This document shows, in pieces, positions 29,717-39,690 of a DNA stretch of 64,000 nt. The stretch's first letter is position 1. Every line of letters starts with the position of its first letter. The stretch is from Promethearchaeota archaeon (GTDB taxonomy: Archaea > Asgardarchaeota > Lokiarchaeia > Sigyniarchaeales > SOKP01), in the NCBI GenBank assembly GCA_019058445.1, contig JAHPZA010000006.1, positions 960,001 to 1,024,000 of the forward strand, given 5' to 3'. The translations under genes and the position numbers were made by a program. The notes beneath the pieces were generated by a model, which saw only the letters and a program-made list of their open reading frames with translations, was not told the origin of the DNA and searched no databases.

Positions 29717-31546
29717 TTAAAATACGTATTTTTGATTTAGTATATTTTCATAAATATTCTTTTTCAAGGGCGTAAAACCTGATTCACCCGGCAACATTAC
29801 ATACATCGGATCGTCAATATTCTCAAAATTGAAGCCTTCCTTTTTCAATTGTACTTTTTTAAGTTTAAAAGTGGCTGTGATTGCCAATTTCGATTTAAAC
29901 CTAAGGAAAATTGGAATTCCATAAGAAGGGAGGTTTTTTTTAAGATGATCAGTCAGTCCTTTTAGATCAAAATCTTCAATTGAAACGGTTGGCACTATGG
30001 ATGCCATTCCTGCTCTTCCTTCAGTTCTTGGTATTTTCACACCATAGGCAGTTGAAAACAATACTTGATCGAAGCTATTAATTATTTTCTCAACTTCAGT
30101 GGTGGAAATGTTGTGTCCCTTCCAGCGAAATGTATCTCCGAGGCGATCAACAAATTGGGCATGGTTATTTCCAATATCCCTCATTAAGTCCCCCGTATTA
30201 AACCATGTATCTCCTTTTTTAAAGACATTACGAAATATTTTCGCTTCGGTTGCATTTTTATCCGTATATCCCCGAAAATAAGACGTCCCTGTTATCTCGA
30301 AAAGTAATAATCCAGATTCACCAAGTTCAACCCTTTGCATAAATCCATCATCATTTAGGATAAGTTTTTCTTCTTCATGATTGTATTGAACAATAGCATA
30401 AGGTGCAATACAAGCACCTACAGTACAATCAAAATTCAACATATTAGCAAATGCCGCAACAGCTTCGGTTGCAGAGTAGTATTCTCCAATTTTTTCGATA
30501 TTAAATCGCTCTTTAAAATCTTTCCAGATTTCATGACGTAGTCCTGCACCGATGACAACTCGCACGTTATTTTCTACATCATCAGGTTTGGGAGGTTGAT
30601 TCATCAAGTATCTGCATACTTCTCCAATATAATTAAAAGCTGTTGCATTATATTTGCGGATCTCATCCCAGAATCGGCTCACACTGAATTTTCGTCCTAT
30701 AGCTAAAGATGCGCCACCTCCAAAGGCAGATCCACAACCTGCTCCTTGAGAATTCGAATGAAAGAGTGGAAGTGAAACGTACATTGTATCATTAGGGGTT
30801 AATTCGGCTATTACTTGCCCAAACGCGTAATAACAAGCAACCATAGTAGAATGAGCAAATTTAACTGCTTTCGGAAACCCCGTAGTGCCTGAAGTAAAAA
30901 TATAAGTAATAGTATCAGAAGTTTTTACGTCTTTTGTAGTTGAAGGATTGTCTATAGGAAAACTTTTAACTTCTTGGGAAAGATCAATAAAACCTTCTGG
31001 TGTAGGGATCAACCCTTGGTCAGGAAAGAAACAAAGAAGTTGATGTTCTGAGAGGTCAATATCTGATTTCACTTTACTAAATGTATCAAAACAGTTTTCA
31101 TCAACTATAATAATTTTTCCGGGAGTAAGTTTTAAACAATGGGCCAGGGACATTTCGCGCAGATCAATATTAATTAAAGAAGTAATTGCCCCAATTTTAC
31201 CAACAGCATATACAATCATTAGATATTCCGGTCGATTTGTCATCATTAATTCCACTACGTCCCCTTTTTTCAAGCCTAAAGAGAGAAAATAATGGGCATA
31301 ACGGTTAACCCATTCATTAAACTCTTTATAAGTCAGCGTAATATCCTCAAATTTGATAGCGATATTATCAGAATATATTTCTGCATTAGTCTCAACAAGT
31401 TCGCCCCATGAAACCTTATTTTCCTCGAGTTTTTTTGTATATTCGACTAAAGCATTAGCATGCTTTCTCATAAATCTCATATTTCTTTTTCTATATTCCC
31501 TATTAGGAATAAGATCTTGTTCTTTCAACTCAGTCTCTTCTAACAT
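29717..31546 (-). CDS. Long-chain acyl-CoA synthetase, FATP type, paralog 3
   Basis: FTSGTTGFPK, DRLGDTFRWKG, EGRAGMA; start moved to ATG 31546. Confidence 0.93.
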   Translation of the reverse strand: MLEETELKEQDLIPNREYRKRNMRFMRKHANALVEYTKKLEENKVSWGELVETNAEIYSDNIAIKFEDITLTYKEFNEWVNRYAHYFLSLGLKKGDVVELMMTNRPEYLMIVYAVGKIGAITSLINIDLREMSLAHCLKLTPGKIIIVDENCFDTFSKVKSDIDLSEHQLLCFFPDQGLIPTPEGFIDLSQEVKSFPIDNPSTTKDVKTSDTITYIFTSGTTGFPKAVKFAHSTMVACYYAFGQVIAELTPNDTMYVSLPLFHSNSQGAGCGSAFGGGASLAIGRKFSVSRFWDEIRKYNATAFNYIGEVCRYLMNQPPKPDDVENNVRVVIGAGLRHEIWKDFKERFNIEKIGEYYSATEAVAAFANMLNFDCTVGACIAPYAIVQYNHEEEKLILNDDGFMQRVELGESGLLLFEITGTSYFRGYTDKNATEAKIFRNVFKKGDTWFNTGDLMRDIGNNHAQFVDRLGDTFRWKGHNISTTEVEKIINSFDQVLFSTAYGVKIPRTEGRAGMASIVPTVSIEDFDLKGLTDHLKKNLPSYGIPIFLRFKSKLAITATFKLKKVQLKKEGFNFENIDDPMYVMLPGESGFTPLKKNIYENILNQKYVF

Positions 31547-31642
31547 TATAGCCACACCATTCTTTTTTATTCTTAAAATAAAATGTCTGTTAAGATTTCG
31601 TTTTTAAAAAAATTTTATTAGAACTAATATGTTTTTTTGCAA

Positions 31643-31659
31643 TTATAAATCTTACATTC
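31643..31659 (-). promoter_or_regulatory. Shared promoter motif GAATGTAAGATTTATAA (BRE+TATA-like)
   Basis: Identical 17-mer at 38697..38713 and 41623..41639; variants at 39600..39616, 29559..29575 and 48312..48327; all upstream of minus-strand genes. Confidence 0.65.
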
Positions 31660-31769
31660 CAAAATATTTCAAATACTCAGATCTTTGGTGGAAAATAGTT
31701 AGAAGTGGTAATATTCTTAGAAAAAACTAAAATTAATAAAATAAAAATTGATATTTTTTGGTAGAATAA

Positions 31770-32564
31770 TTACTTAAGAAAATCGATAATAATTTTATTC
31801 ACTCTTTCTGGTTCTGGTGAAAATAGATCATGTCCAAGATTATCGAATAATTCTAATCTTGCACCAGGAATATTAGTGGCTAATGTTCCAGCATTTTTAT
31901 AGGGGATGAGAAGATCTTGCTTGCCGTGCAATACTAAGGTAGGAACACCGATTTTTTTTAGTCTCCTGCCTGCATTAAATCGTCCAGCAGCTAAAATATT
32001 CCTTTTACGGCTCTTATCGGGAAGAGGGGTTTCAAGATAACCTTTTTTCTTCTTTTCGATGTATTCAGGATTATTTTTTATAAACTCTTCTGGATAAAGG
32101 AGGGGCATTTCTTTTTCTATCCACTCTTCAGGAGTCTTAGTGGTTTTTCCCGCTAAAAAATCAGTAATTGCTACTGGAGCAAATATAGATCTAGATCCTC
32201 CACAATGCGTTCCAGAGAGAATAAGTTTATCAACTTTATTGGGATGATTAAGGACAAGTTCTTGGGCTATCATACCTCCCATTGATAACCCTAATATATG
32301 TGCGCGTTCAATCTTTAGAGCTTCCATTAATCCGACCGTGTCATCGGCCATCATGGGAATTGTATAGTCATAATCTGGTTTATCCGTTCTCCCCGCTCCT
32401 CTATTATCAAAAATGATTGTTTTAAAATGCTTTGAGACGCCATCTATTAAAAAAGGTGACCAAAACTTAGCAGTACCTGTAAATCCCATTATCAAAACAA
32501 GTGGATACCCTTCCCCGTGAATTTCATAATACATATTTAGATCATTCACTTTAACTTTTGGCAA
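31770..32564 (-). CDS. Alpha/beta hydrolase
   Basis: DNRGAGRT, GLSMGG nucleophile elbow, HGKQD, LGH. Confidence 0.9.
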   Translation of the reverse strand: MPKVKVNDLNMYYEIHGEGYPLVLIMGFTGTAKFWSPFLIDGVSKHFKTIIFDNRGAGRTDKPDYDYTIPMMADDTVGLMEALKIERAHILGLSMGGMIAQELVLNHPNKVDKLILSGTHCGGSRSIFAPVAITDFLAGKTTKTPEEWIEKEMPLLYPEEFIKNNPEYIEKKKKGYLETPLPDKSRKRNILAAGRFNAGRRLKKIGVPTLVLHGKQDLLIPYKNAGTLATNIPGARLELFDNLGHDLFSPEPERVNKIIIDFLK

Positions 32565-32636
32565 TTTCAGCTAACCTAATTATATTTTATTCTATGATTT
32601 ATGTGGTTACTATAAAAATTAAAAAATGTTACTAAC

Positions 32637-33470
32637 TTATTCTAAAGGGAAAAACTTTGGTAAGTCGCCCGGTACTTTCGTTTCCCACTTTGGTTTTTTT
32701 TTTTGGATGAAAGACATTACCCCTTCTCTTGCTTCAGGTTGCTTTCCCGTCCATGCATAATATTTATGATCAATTCTTTCAGCCTTATCAATATCAGTTT
32801 CGGAGAGGAATTGATAGAGCATTCGTTTTGTGAGAGATACACATACAGGACCACACAATAAGATTTCTTCGGCTATTTCTTTAGCAGTATCCATTAGCTT
32901 ATCATCCGGTACGACCCGACTGACAAGTCCATATTCTAAAGCTTCCCTAGCATTAAGAATTCTCCCTGTATACATTAATTCGGCTGCTTTACTGATTCCA
33001 ATGAGGCGAGGTAAAATCCAAGGACATGCAATTTCAGGTACGATACCACGTCGATTAAAGTTGATTCCTATTCGTGCACTTTCAGAAGCTATTCGAATAT
33101 CGAATGGCAGAATCATGGTCACTCCTACTCCAACAGCAGGTCCGTTTATTGCAACTATCACAGGTTTTTTCAGTAAAAAATACCGCTTGATCAAACTACT
33201 TTCACGTTGAATATTTTCTTCATATTCTTTGGGTCGATTTGATCCATCAAAAGTGGTGGCTCCGCCCGATAAATCTGCACCCGCGCAAAATCCTCTGCCT
33301 GCGCCGGTAACTATCAATACTCTAAGATTCGGATCATTTTCTACTTTCATAATTGCATCCCAGAACTCTATTGCCATCTGATAAGTATATGCATTAAGTT
33401 TTTCCGGTCTGTTTAGAGTGATAGTTGCTATTTGATTTGAGCTCTCAAAAATAATTTGTTCGTATTCCAT
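32637..33470 (-). CDS. Enoyl-CoA hydratase/isomerase (crotonase) family protein
   Basis: LNRPEKLNA, FCAGADL, AINGPAVGVG, RGIVPE. Confidence 0.92.
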   Translation of the reverse strand: MEYEQIIFESSNQIATITLNRPEKLNAYTYQMAIEFWDAIMKVENDPNLRVLIVTGAGRGFCAGADLSGGATTFDGSNRPKEYEENIQRESSLIKRYFLLKKPVIVAINGPAVGVGVTMILPFDIRIASESARIGINFNRRGIVPEIACPWILPRLIGISKAAELMYTGRILNAREALEYGLVSRVVPDDKLMDTAKEIAEEILLCGPVCVSLTKRMLYQFLSETDIDKAERIDHKYYAWTGKQPEAREGVMSFIQKKKPKWETKVPGDLPKFFPLE

Positions 33471-33748
33471 TTCTAATATTAACCTCCTATTTTTGAAAAT
33501 TTAATTACTTTAAATTGAATTTATTAGAGATATTTATTCTATTTTGTATAAATATTTTGTTTTGTATTGGAAAAGAGTTTGAACTTAAAACAGCTGGATT
33601 TTATATATAAATGTACAATTTAGAAATTCTTTTAAATGAACCTTCTTTAACTAAAAATTGCCAAGGAATTGTTCATTGAACATTGAACGATTCATGAGAT
33701 CTCTATAAAAAACATATATTTAATAAACCTATCAAAAGGTAATATTAG

Positions 33749-34801
33749 ATGGTAATTGAAACCAAAATTACTGAAATGTTAGGGATTAAACATCCCATCA
33801 TTGCTGCGCCAATGGGTCCTTTTTATACAACCGATTTAACTATTGCAGTTTCAGAAGCCGGTGGTCTTGGGGTATTAAGTCATACCGCGTTATATACCGA
33901 CTATGAAGCGGGAAGGACTCCAATTGAAATAATGAAAAAAAACATGGAATATGTTGTTGAGCATACAGATAAACCTTTCGGGTTTAACATTCGAACTTCA
34001 AGGGTGCAAACAGATGCTCCAGCGCTAGTGAAAGAAATTCCAGAATTCATCATGAATAATCCAAAACTAAAAGAACAATGTGTGTATGCCATTACCAGCG
34101 CAGGATCCTCAAAAACGCTACCGGAATCAAAATCTTTCCAGAAATTAAAAGAGAGTGGCTCGAATATAAAACATTTTCATGTAGCACCAGCTCTTTGGTT
34201 GGCAGATAAATGCATGGCAACAGGAGTGGACGGTATGGTTATAACCGGTAATGAAGGAGGAGGACATCAATCCTATGAAAAAGTTAGCACTCTAGTTTTA
34301 TTACAGCAAGTTGTCCAAAAATATCCAGATATGCCATTAGTAGCATGCGGAGGATTTGCTACAGGTCAAGGTCTTGCAGCCGCCTTATCCATCGGTGCTG
34401 GAGCGATTGCGATGGGCTCGAGATTCATTGCATCAAAAGAAAGTGAATTCAATGAAGCTTATAAGAATGTTGTACCTCCCGCGAAAGCACAAGATACCAT
34501 TATGGTAACTGGGTCTTTAGGTCCAATTAGGCTCTGGAAAAATAAATACTCACTCTCGCGTGGATTGATTGCGGATAAATCAGAGAAAATGGCAGAAGAG
34601 TCCAAAATGACGATGCAAGATACCATAAACGAATTAAAAAAAGGGGAAATGGCTTATAAAGGAAATATCACTGATGGTGCTGTACTTTTAGGTCAGAGTA
34701 TTGGAACTATCAATAGTGTAGAAAAAGTTAGCAAAATCATCGAAAATATAGTTAAGGATGCTGAAAATTATATAAAAAATGCTTCTGCTCAAATTAAATA
34801 A
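33749..34801 (+). CDS. Nitronate monooxygenase / FabK-like FMN-dependent oxidoreductase
   Basis: PIIAAPM, VSEAGGLG, GNEGGGH, VACGG, MGSRF, GQSIG. Confidence 0.88.
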   Translation: MVIETKITEMLGIKHPIIAAPMGPFYTTDLTIAVSEAGGLGVLSHTALYTDYEAGRTPIEIMKKNMEYVVEHTDKPFGFNIRTSRVQTDAPALVKEIPEFIMNNPKLKEQCVYAITSAGSSKTLPESKSFQKLKESGSNIKHFHVAPALWLADKCMATGVDGMVITGNEGGGHQSYEKVSTLVLLQQVVQKYPDMPLVACGGFATGQGLAAALSIGAGAIAMGSRFIASKESEFNEAYKNVVPPAKAQDTIMVTGSLGPIRLWKNKYSLSRGLIADKSEKMAEESKMTMQDTINELKKGEMAYKGNITDGAVLLGQSIGTINSVEKVSKIIENIVKDAENYIKNASAQIK

Positions 34802-34866
34802 ATCTTCACATTGAAAAATACAAATGATTAAAGGTATCAAAGAAAAGGTAAGAGAAAAAGCTTACT

Positions 34867-36696
34867 CTAAAATTTATATTTCTTTTTTTTTATATTTTCA
34901 TAGATATCTTTTGTTAAAGGGCGGTATTCTGATTCATTGGGCAACATAACATACAAGGGATCGTTTATATTATGAAAGTCAAAGCCCTCCTTTTTCAAAG
35001 TTATTTTCTTAAGTTTAAATGTGGGAGTGATTGCCAGGTTTGCTTTGAAACGTAAAAAAATTGGTATAGCATATGGTGCCAGATCTTTCCTAAATTTATC
35101 AGCTAGTGCATTAAAATTGAATTTTTCCATAGAACAGCTTGGCATAATGGCGGCCATACCTGCACGACCCTCAGTACCAGGTATCTGAACTCCATAGGCC
35201 GATGATATTAAGACTTGATCAAACACATTGAGCACTTCTTCTACCTCTGTCGTAGATACGTTATGCCCTTTCCAGCGAAAGGTATCTCCGAGCCGGTCCA
35301 CAAATTGGGCATGATCACAGCCGAGATCTCTGAGTAAATCGCCTGTATTAAACCAAATATCCCCTTCTTTAAAGACATTATAGAGTAATTTTGCCTCAGT
35401 AGCCTTTTTGTCTGTATATCCGCGGAATTCAGTCATACCCTTACACTCAAAAATGCATAAACCGGTCTCACCAAGCCCAACCCTCTGCATATAACCGTCT
35501 TCTTCTCTAATTGGCTTTTCTGCTTCAGGATCGAATTTAACAATAGCATAAGGAGCGACGCAAGTACCAATAGTACAATCAAAATTAAATAAATTCGCGA
35601 AACCTGCCACATTTTCACTAGCTCCGTATGCTTCGGCAACAATTTCGATGCCAAATCGTTCCTTAAAATCTTTCCATATTTCGGGACGAAGACCGTTCCC
35701 GATAATCGCTCTTATGGAATTTTTTTTGTTATCAGGCATTATAGGTTGATTCATTAAATAACGACAAAATTCTCCGACATATGTAAAGATCGTAGCGTTG
35801 TATTTGCGAATTTCATCCCAGAAACGGCTAGCACTAAATTTTCGGCTTATTGCTAAAGCAGCTCCACTAGCAAATGCAGGGGCCCACCCTAACCACACAG
35901 CAGTTGCATGGTAAAAAGGGAGAGCAACATATACAGTATCATCGGTGGTCGCCTCCGTTATCAAAAGTCCGACGGCATGGCCATTAAAAACTAAAGAGTG
36001 GTGGATTACTGTGGCTGCTTTATATAAACCAGTAGTTCCAGAAGTAAAGAAATACACTATTGGGTCATTAGTTTTAACATTACAAGTAGTAGTAGGATTG
36101 CGGGGCGGATAATCCTTAATTATAAGACTGAGATCGATAAAGCCATCTGGAAGAGGCTTAGAATCTCGATCGGGTGAAAATAATAATATTTGATCGTTCG
36201 ATAAATTGAGCTCGGATTTAACCTTTGTAAATTCATCAATTAACTCCGAGCCAACTATAATGAGTTTTCCTGGAGTAAGGTTCAAGCAATATGCAAGGGT
36301 TTTTTCGCGCAGTTCAGTGTTAATTAATGAGTTTATTGCTCCGATTTTCCCGATCGCGGTAAATGCTATCAATAATTCCGGTCGATTTGTCATAAAGATC
36401 TCAACAATATCACCCTTTTTCAAACCTAAAGAGATAAAATAGTGAGCATAGCGATTAACCTGTTCATTAAATTCTTTATAAGTCAATAAAATATCTTCAA
36501 ATTTGATGGCTATTTTATCAGAATACTCCCGCGCATTCCTCTCAACAATGGTCCCCCATGAGATTTTGTTTTCAATTCCTAGCTTCATAAGGTATTGAAA
36601 GAGGTGACTGTGTTTTCGAAAAAATTCTTTCCTTCTTTTTCTATACTCTTTCTTATCAATAAGATCCTTTCCTTTCAGTTCTGAGTTTTCTGACAA
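34867..36696 (-). CDS. Long-chain acyl-CoA synthetase, FATP type, paralog 4
   Basis: FTSGTTGLYK (Pro to Tyr), GNGLRP, YGASE, DRLGDTFRWKG. Confidence 0.92.
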   Translation of the reverse strand: MSENSELKGKDLIDKKEYRKRRKEFFRKHSHLFQYLMKLGIENKISWGTIVERNAREYSDKIAIKFEDILLTYKEFNEQVNRYAHYFISLGLKKGDIVEIFMTNRPELLIAFTAIGKIGAINSLINTELREKTLAYCLNLTPGKLIIVGSELIDEFTKVKSELNLSNDQILLFSPDRDSKPLPDGFIDLSLIIKDYPPRNPTTTCNVKTNDPIVYFFTSGTTGLYKAATVIHHSLVFNGHAVGLLITEATTDDTVYVALPFYHATAVWLGWAPAFASGAALAISRKFSASRFWDEIRKYNATIFTYVGEFCRYLMNQPIMPDNKKNSIRAIIGNGLRPEIWKDFKERFGIEIVAEAYGASENVAGFANLFNFDCTIGTCVAPYAIVKFDPEAEKPIREEDGYMQRVGLGETGLCIFECKGMTEFRGYTDKKATEAKLLYNVFKEGDIWFNTGDLLRDLGCDHAQFVDRLGDTFRWKGHNVSTTEVEEVLNVFDQVLISSAYGVQIPGTEGRAGMAAIMPSCSMEKFNFNALADKFRKDLAPYAIPIFLRFKANLAITPTFKLKKITLKKEGFDFHNINDPLYVMLPNESEYRPLTKDIYENIKKKKYKF

Positions 36697-36778
36697 ATAA
36701 TGCTCCTTACTCTTAATTTATAATACCAAATACAAAGTTTTAAATTCGTCTTAAATAAAAAAAAGTTTTGCTAACAAA

Positions 36779-38599
36779 TTAGAATTTATATTGTCCTTTT
36801 TGAATATTCTCATAGATATCCTTTGTTAATGACTTATATTCTGATTCAAGTGGTGTCAATACGTATATGTGATCCTCGATTTTTTCTATGTCAAAGCCTT
36901 CCTTTTTCAATTGACCTTTTTTAAGTTTAAATGTTGATGTGGTGGATAATTGGGATTTCATTCTGAGAAAAATAGGGACTCCATAAGGAGGGAGGTTTTG
37001 TATTAGTTGTTCTGTGAGTCCCTTTAAGTCAAAATCCCCAACAGAGGAGCTGGGTACAATGGCAGCCATTCCAGCTCGGCCATCAGTACCTGGTATTTGG
37101 ACACCATATACAGTAGATAACATAACCTGCTCAAAACTATTCAGGATTTTTTCTACTTCCGTAGTAGAGATATTATGTCCCTTCCAACGGAATGTATCTC
37201 CAAGGCGATCGACAAATTGGGCATGATCATTTCCAATATCTCTCATTAAATCTCCGGTGTTGAACCACATATCTCCCTTTTCAAAGACATCATGAAAGAC
37301 TTTCGCTTCAGTTGCCTCTTTATCTGTATAACCCCTAAATTCAACATTACCAACAATCTGAAATAATAATAATCCTGATTCGCCAAGACTGACCCTTTCC
37401 ATAAATCCTTCATTGTTCTTGATTGGTGCTTCTACGTCGTGATCATATTTAACTATTGCATAAGAACTTAAACAGCACCCTACAGTACGGTCGAAATTCA
37501 GTAGGTTGGCAAATGATCCTACTGCTTCGGTTGCTGAGTAGTATTCGCCAACTTTTTGGATATTGAACCTTTCTTTAAATTTTGTCCAAATTTCTGGACG
37601 AAGTCCTAAACCAATGACTATTCTCACGGGATTATCAGCATCATCGGGTTTGGGAGGTTGATTCATTAAATATCGGCATATCTCTCCGACATAATTAAAA
37701 GCAGTAGCATTAGATTTGCGAATATCATCCCAAAAATGGTTAATGCTGAATTTTCGTGCAATTGCTAAAGCAGCACCGCCCGCAAATGCAGATGAACAAC
37801 CTACTGCTAATGTATTTGAATGAAATAGCGGAAGTGAAACATACATCGTATCTTCAGAGGTAAATTCCCCAATTGATTCTCCAAATCCATAATAGGCACC
37901 CACTAAAGTGGCATGAGCAAACTTAGTAGCTTTAGGAAATCCGGTTGTGCCAGAAGTAAAGATGTAAGTAATGATGTCTGACGGTTTAACGTCCTTCGTG
38001 GTTAAAGGATTTTCTGTGGGAAATTTCTTGACTTCTTGGGAAAGATCAATAAAATTCTCTGGAATTGATATCAATCCTTGGTCTGGCACAAAATAAAGGA
38101 TTTGATCTTCTGACAAGTCCAATTCAGATTGAACGGCACTAAAACTTTCATAACAATTTTCATCAACAATAATAAGCTTGCCAGGAGTAAGGTTTAAACA
38201 ATGTGCCAATGATTGTTCGCGTAGATCAATATTGATTAAGGATGTAATTGCTCCAATTTTCCCTAGAGCATATACTATCATTAAATATTCTGGACGATTG
38301 GTCATCATTAATTCTACTACATCCCCTTTTTTCATGCCTAAAGAGATGAAATAATGCGCATACCGATTTACCCATTCATTAAATTCTTTATAAGTATATG
38401 TTATATCTTCAAATTTAATAAGAATATTATCAACATATTCTTGCGCATTCCTTTCTATAATAGTTCCCCATGAAATCTTATTCTCCTCTCTAATTTTCAG
38501 TATTTCTGCTAAAGTATTCGCATGTTTTCTAATAAACCTCATACGCCTTTTTCTATACTCTTTATTTGGAATAAGGTCCAAGTCTTTATCTTCTATCAT
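36779..38599 (-). CDS. Long-chain acyl-CoA synthetase, FATP type, paralog 5
   Basis: FTSGTTGFPK, DRLGDTFRWKG; start moved to MIEDK at 38599. Confidence 0.93.
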   Translation of the reverse strand: MIEDKDLDLIPNKEYRKRRMRFIRKHANTLAEILKIREENKISWGTIIERNAQEYVDNILIKFEDITYTYKEFNEWVNRYAHYFISLGMKKGDVVELMMTNRPEYLMIVYALGKIGAITSLINIDLREQSLAHCLNLTPGKLIIVDENCYESFSAVQSELDLSEDQILYFVPDQGLISIPENFIDLSQEVKKFPTENPLTTKDVKPSDIITYIFTSGTTGFPKATKFAHATLVGAYYGFGESIGEFTSEDTMYVSLPLFHSNTLAVGCSSAFAGGAALAIARKFSINHFWDDIRKSNATAFNYVGEICRYLMNQPPKPDDADNPVRIVIGLGLRPEIWTKFKERFNIQKVGEYYSATEAVGSFANLLNFDRTVGCCLSSYAIVKYDHDVEAPIKNNEGFMERVSLGESGLLLFQIVGNVEFRGYTDKEATEAKVFHDVFEKGDMWFNTGDLMRDIGNDHAQFVDRLGDTFRWKGHNISTTEVEKILNSFEQVMLSTVYGVQIPGTDGRAGMAAIVPSSSVGDFDLKGLTEQLIQNLPPYGVPIFLRMKSQLSTTSTFKLKKGQLKKEGFDIEKIEDHIYVLTPLESEYKSLTKDIYENIQKGQYKF

Positions 38600-38822
38600 A
38601 GTTATTACTCCATTAGTTTTGATATTCAAATTTAAATATGTGCTTAGATCCGATTTATTCAAAAAAAATGGTTAGATTTACTATCTCTTTTTCTAATTAT
38701 AAATCTTACATTCGATGAAATATCCAGAATTAAAGTTTTTGAAACAATCTTTTTGGAAATAGGGAATAATTTGAAAACTTCAAAAAAACTATAAAAGTGG
38801 TTTTTATACAACTTTTATAAAT

Positions 38823-39542
38823 TCATTTCATCTTGGGAATTTGATTACTTTCTAAAAAGGATTTAAGACCCTCTTCTAATTGAACTCCAAAAGAATTAAT
38901 AGCCATAGCTAACATATTATAATTTCCAACAGTAAAGACCAGGTCCATGATCTGGTGCATATTATAGCGTTCAGCCAACGCATTCCATGTTTTATCAGTA
39001 ATAAAAGTGTCTATATAGAGCTCGTCCACCGCTCGGAGTAATGTGGCATCAAAAAGATCCCACCCCACGGCGTCCGGCCCTTCCATAATTCGGTTGATTT
39101 CATCATCAGAGAGAAGCCCATTGTGCTTTGCGCCACGGGCATGCCAACTCCATTCATATTTCGAATAGCAGTGCCATGCGATCCGAAGAATGAGAATCTC
39201 TTTATCTCGTAGGGGTAATGTTGATAAAAATCTCGTATGAATATTGAATGTTGTATATCGCAAATAGAAATCCCTATGTCTAGCCAATGTCTTAACAACA
39301 TTGATTGATGTTTTTTCCCCTAAAATGGGGGTCATCATTTTTTCTCTCTCTGAGAGCAGTTTTGCTAATTTAGCTACATCTGATTTATTAATCGTTGATA
39401 TTGCTGATATTGCTATTTTTCGCTCTTTATCCCTGACTTTAATGAGTTTTTCTCCTTCCAAGGGAGCTATTCTGGGCGTTAAAAGTCGCACACGCTTACC
39501 CAACTCTAATTTTCTTAGATTTTGCTTTTTTTGATTACTCAT
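38823..39542 (-). CDS. Carboxymuconolactone decarboxylase / AhpD-like protein, paralog 1
   Basis: PRIAPL, LPLRDKEILILRIAWHCYSKYEWSWH, LLRAVDEL, DLVFTVGNYNM; start MSNQ. Confidence 0.85.
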   Translation of the reverse strand: MSNQKKQNLRKLELGKRVRLLTPRIAPLEGEKLIKVRDKERKIAISAISTINKSDVAKLAKLLSEREKMMTPILGEKTSINVVKTLARHRDFYLRYTTFNIHTRFLSTLPLRDKEILILRIAWHCYSKYEWSWHARGAKHNGLLSDDEINRIMEGPDAVGWDLFDATLLRAVDELYIDTFITDKTWNALAERYNMHQIMDLVFTVGNYNMLAMAINSFGVQLEEGLKSFLESNQIPKMK

Positions 39543-39690
39543 TACATATTTCAACTTTTAATTTATCCTTTATTATTTTTTAATTATTGATCACGCAATT
39601 TATAAATCTTACATCCATTTAGATATGAATTGAGAATTCAAGTAAATAAAAATTTAAAAAGAATTAAATAAAAACAATCGAAATTATTAA

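Noticed and set aside
38789-38820. AT-rich inverted repeats after genes (also near 23064..23088)
   Set aside because: Plausible ordinary terminators, and expected by chance at this base composition.
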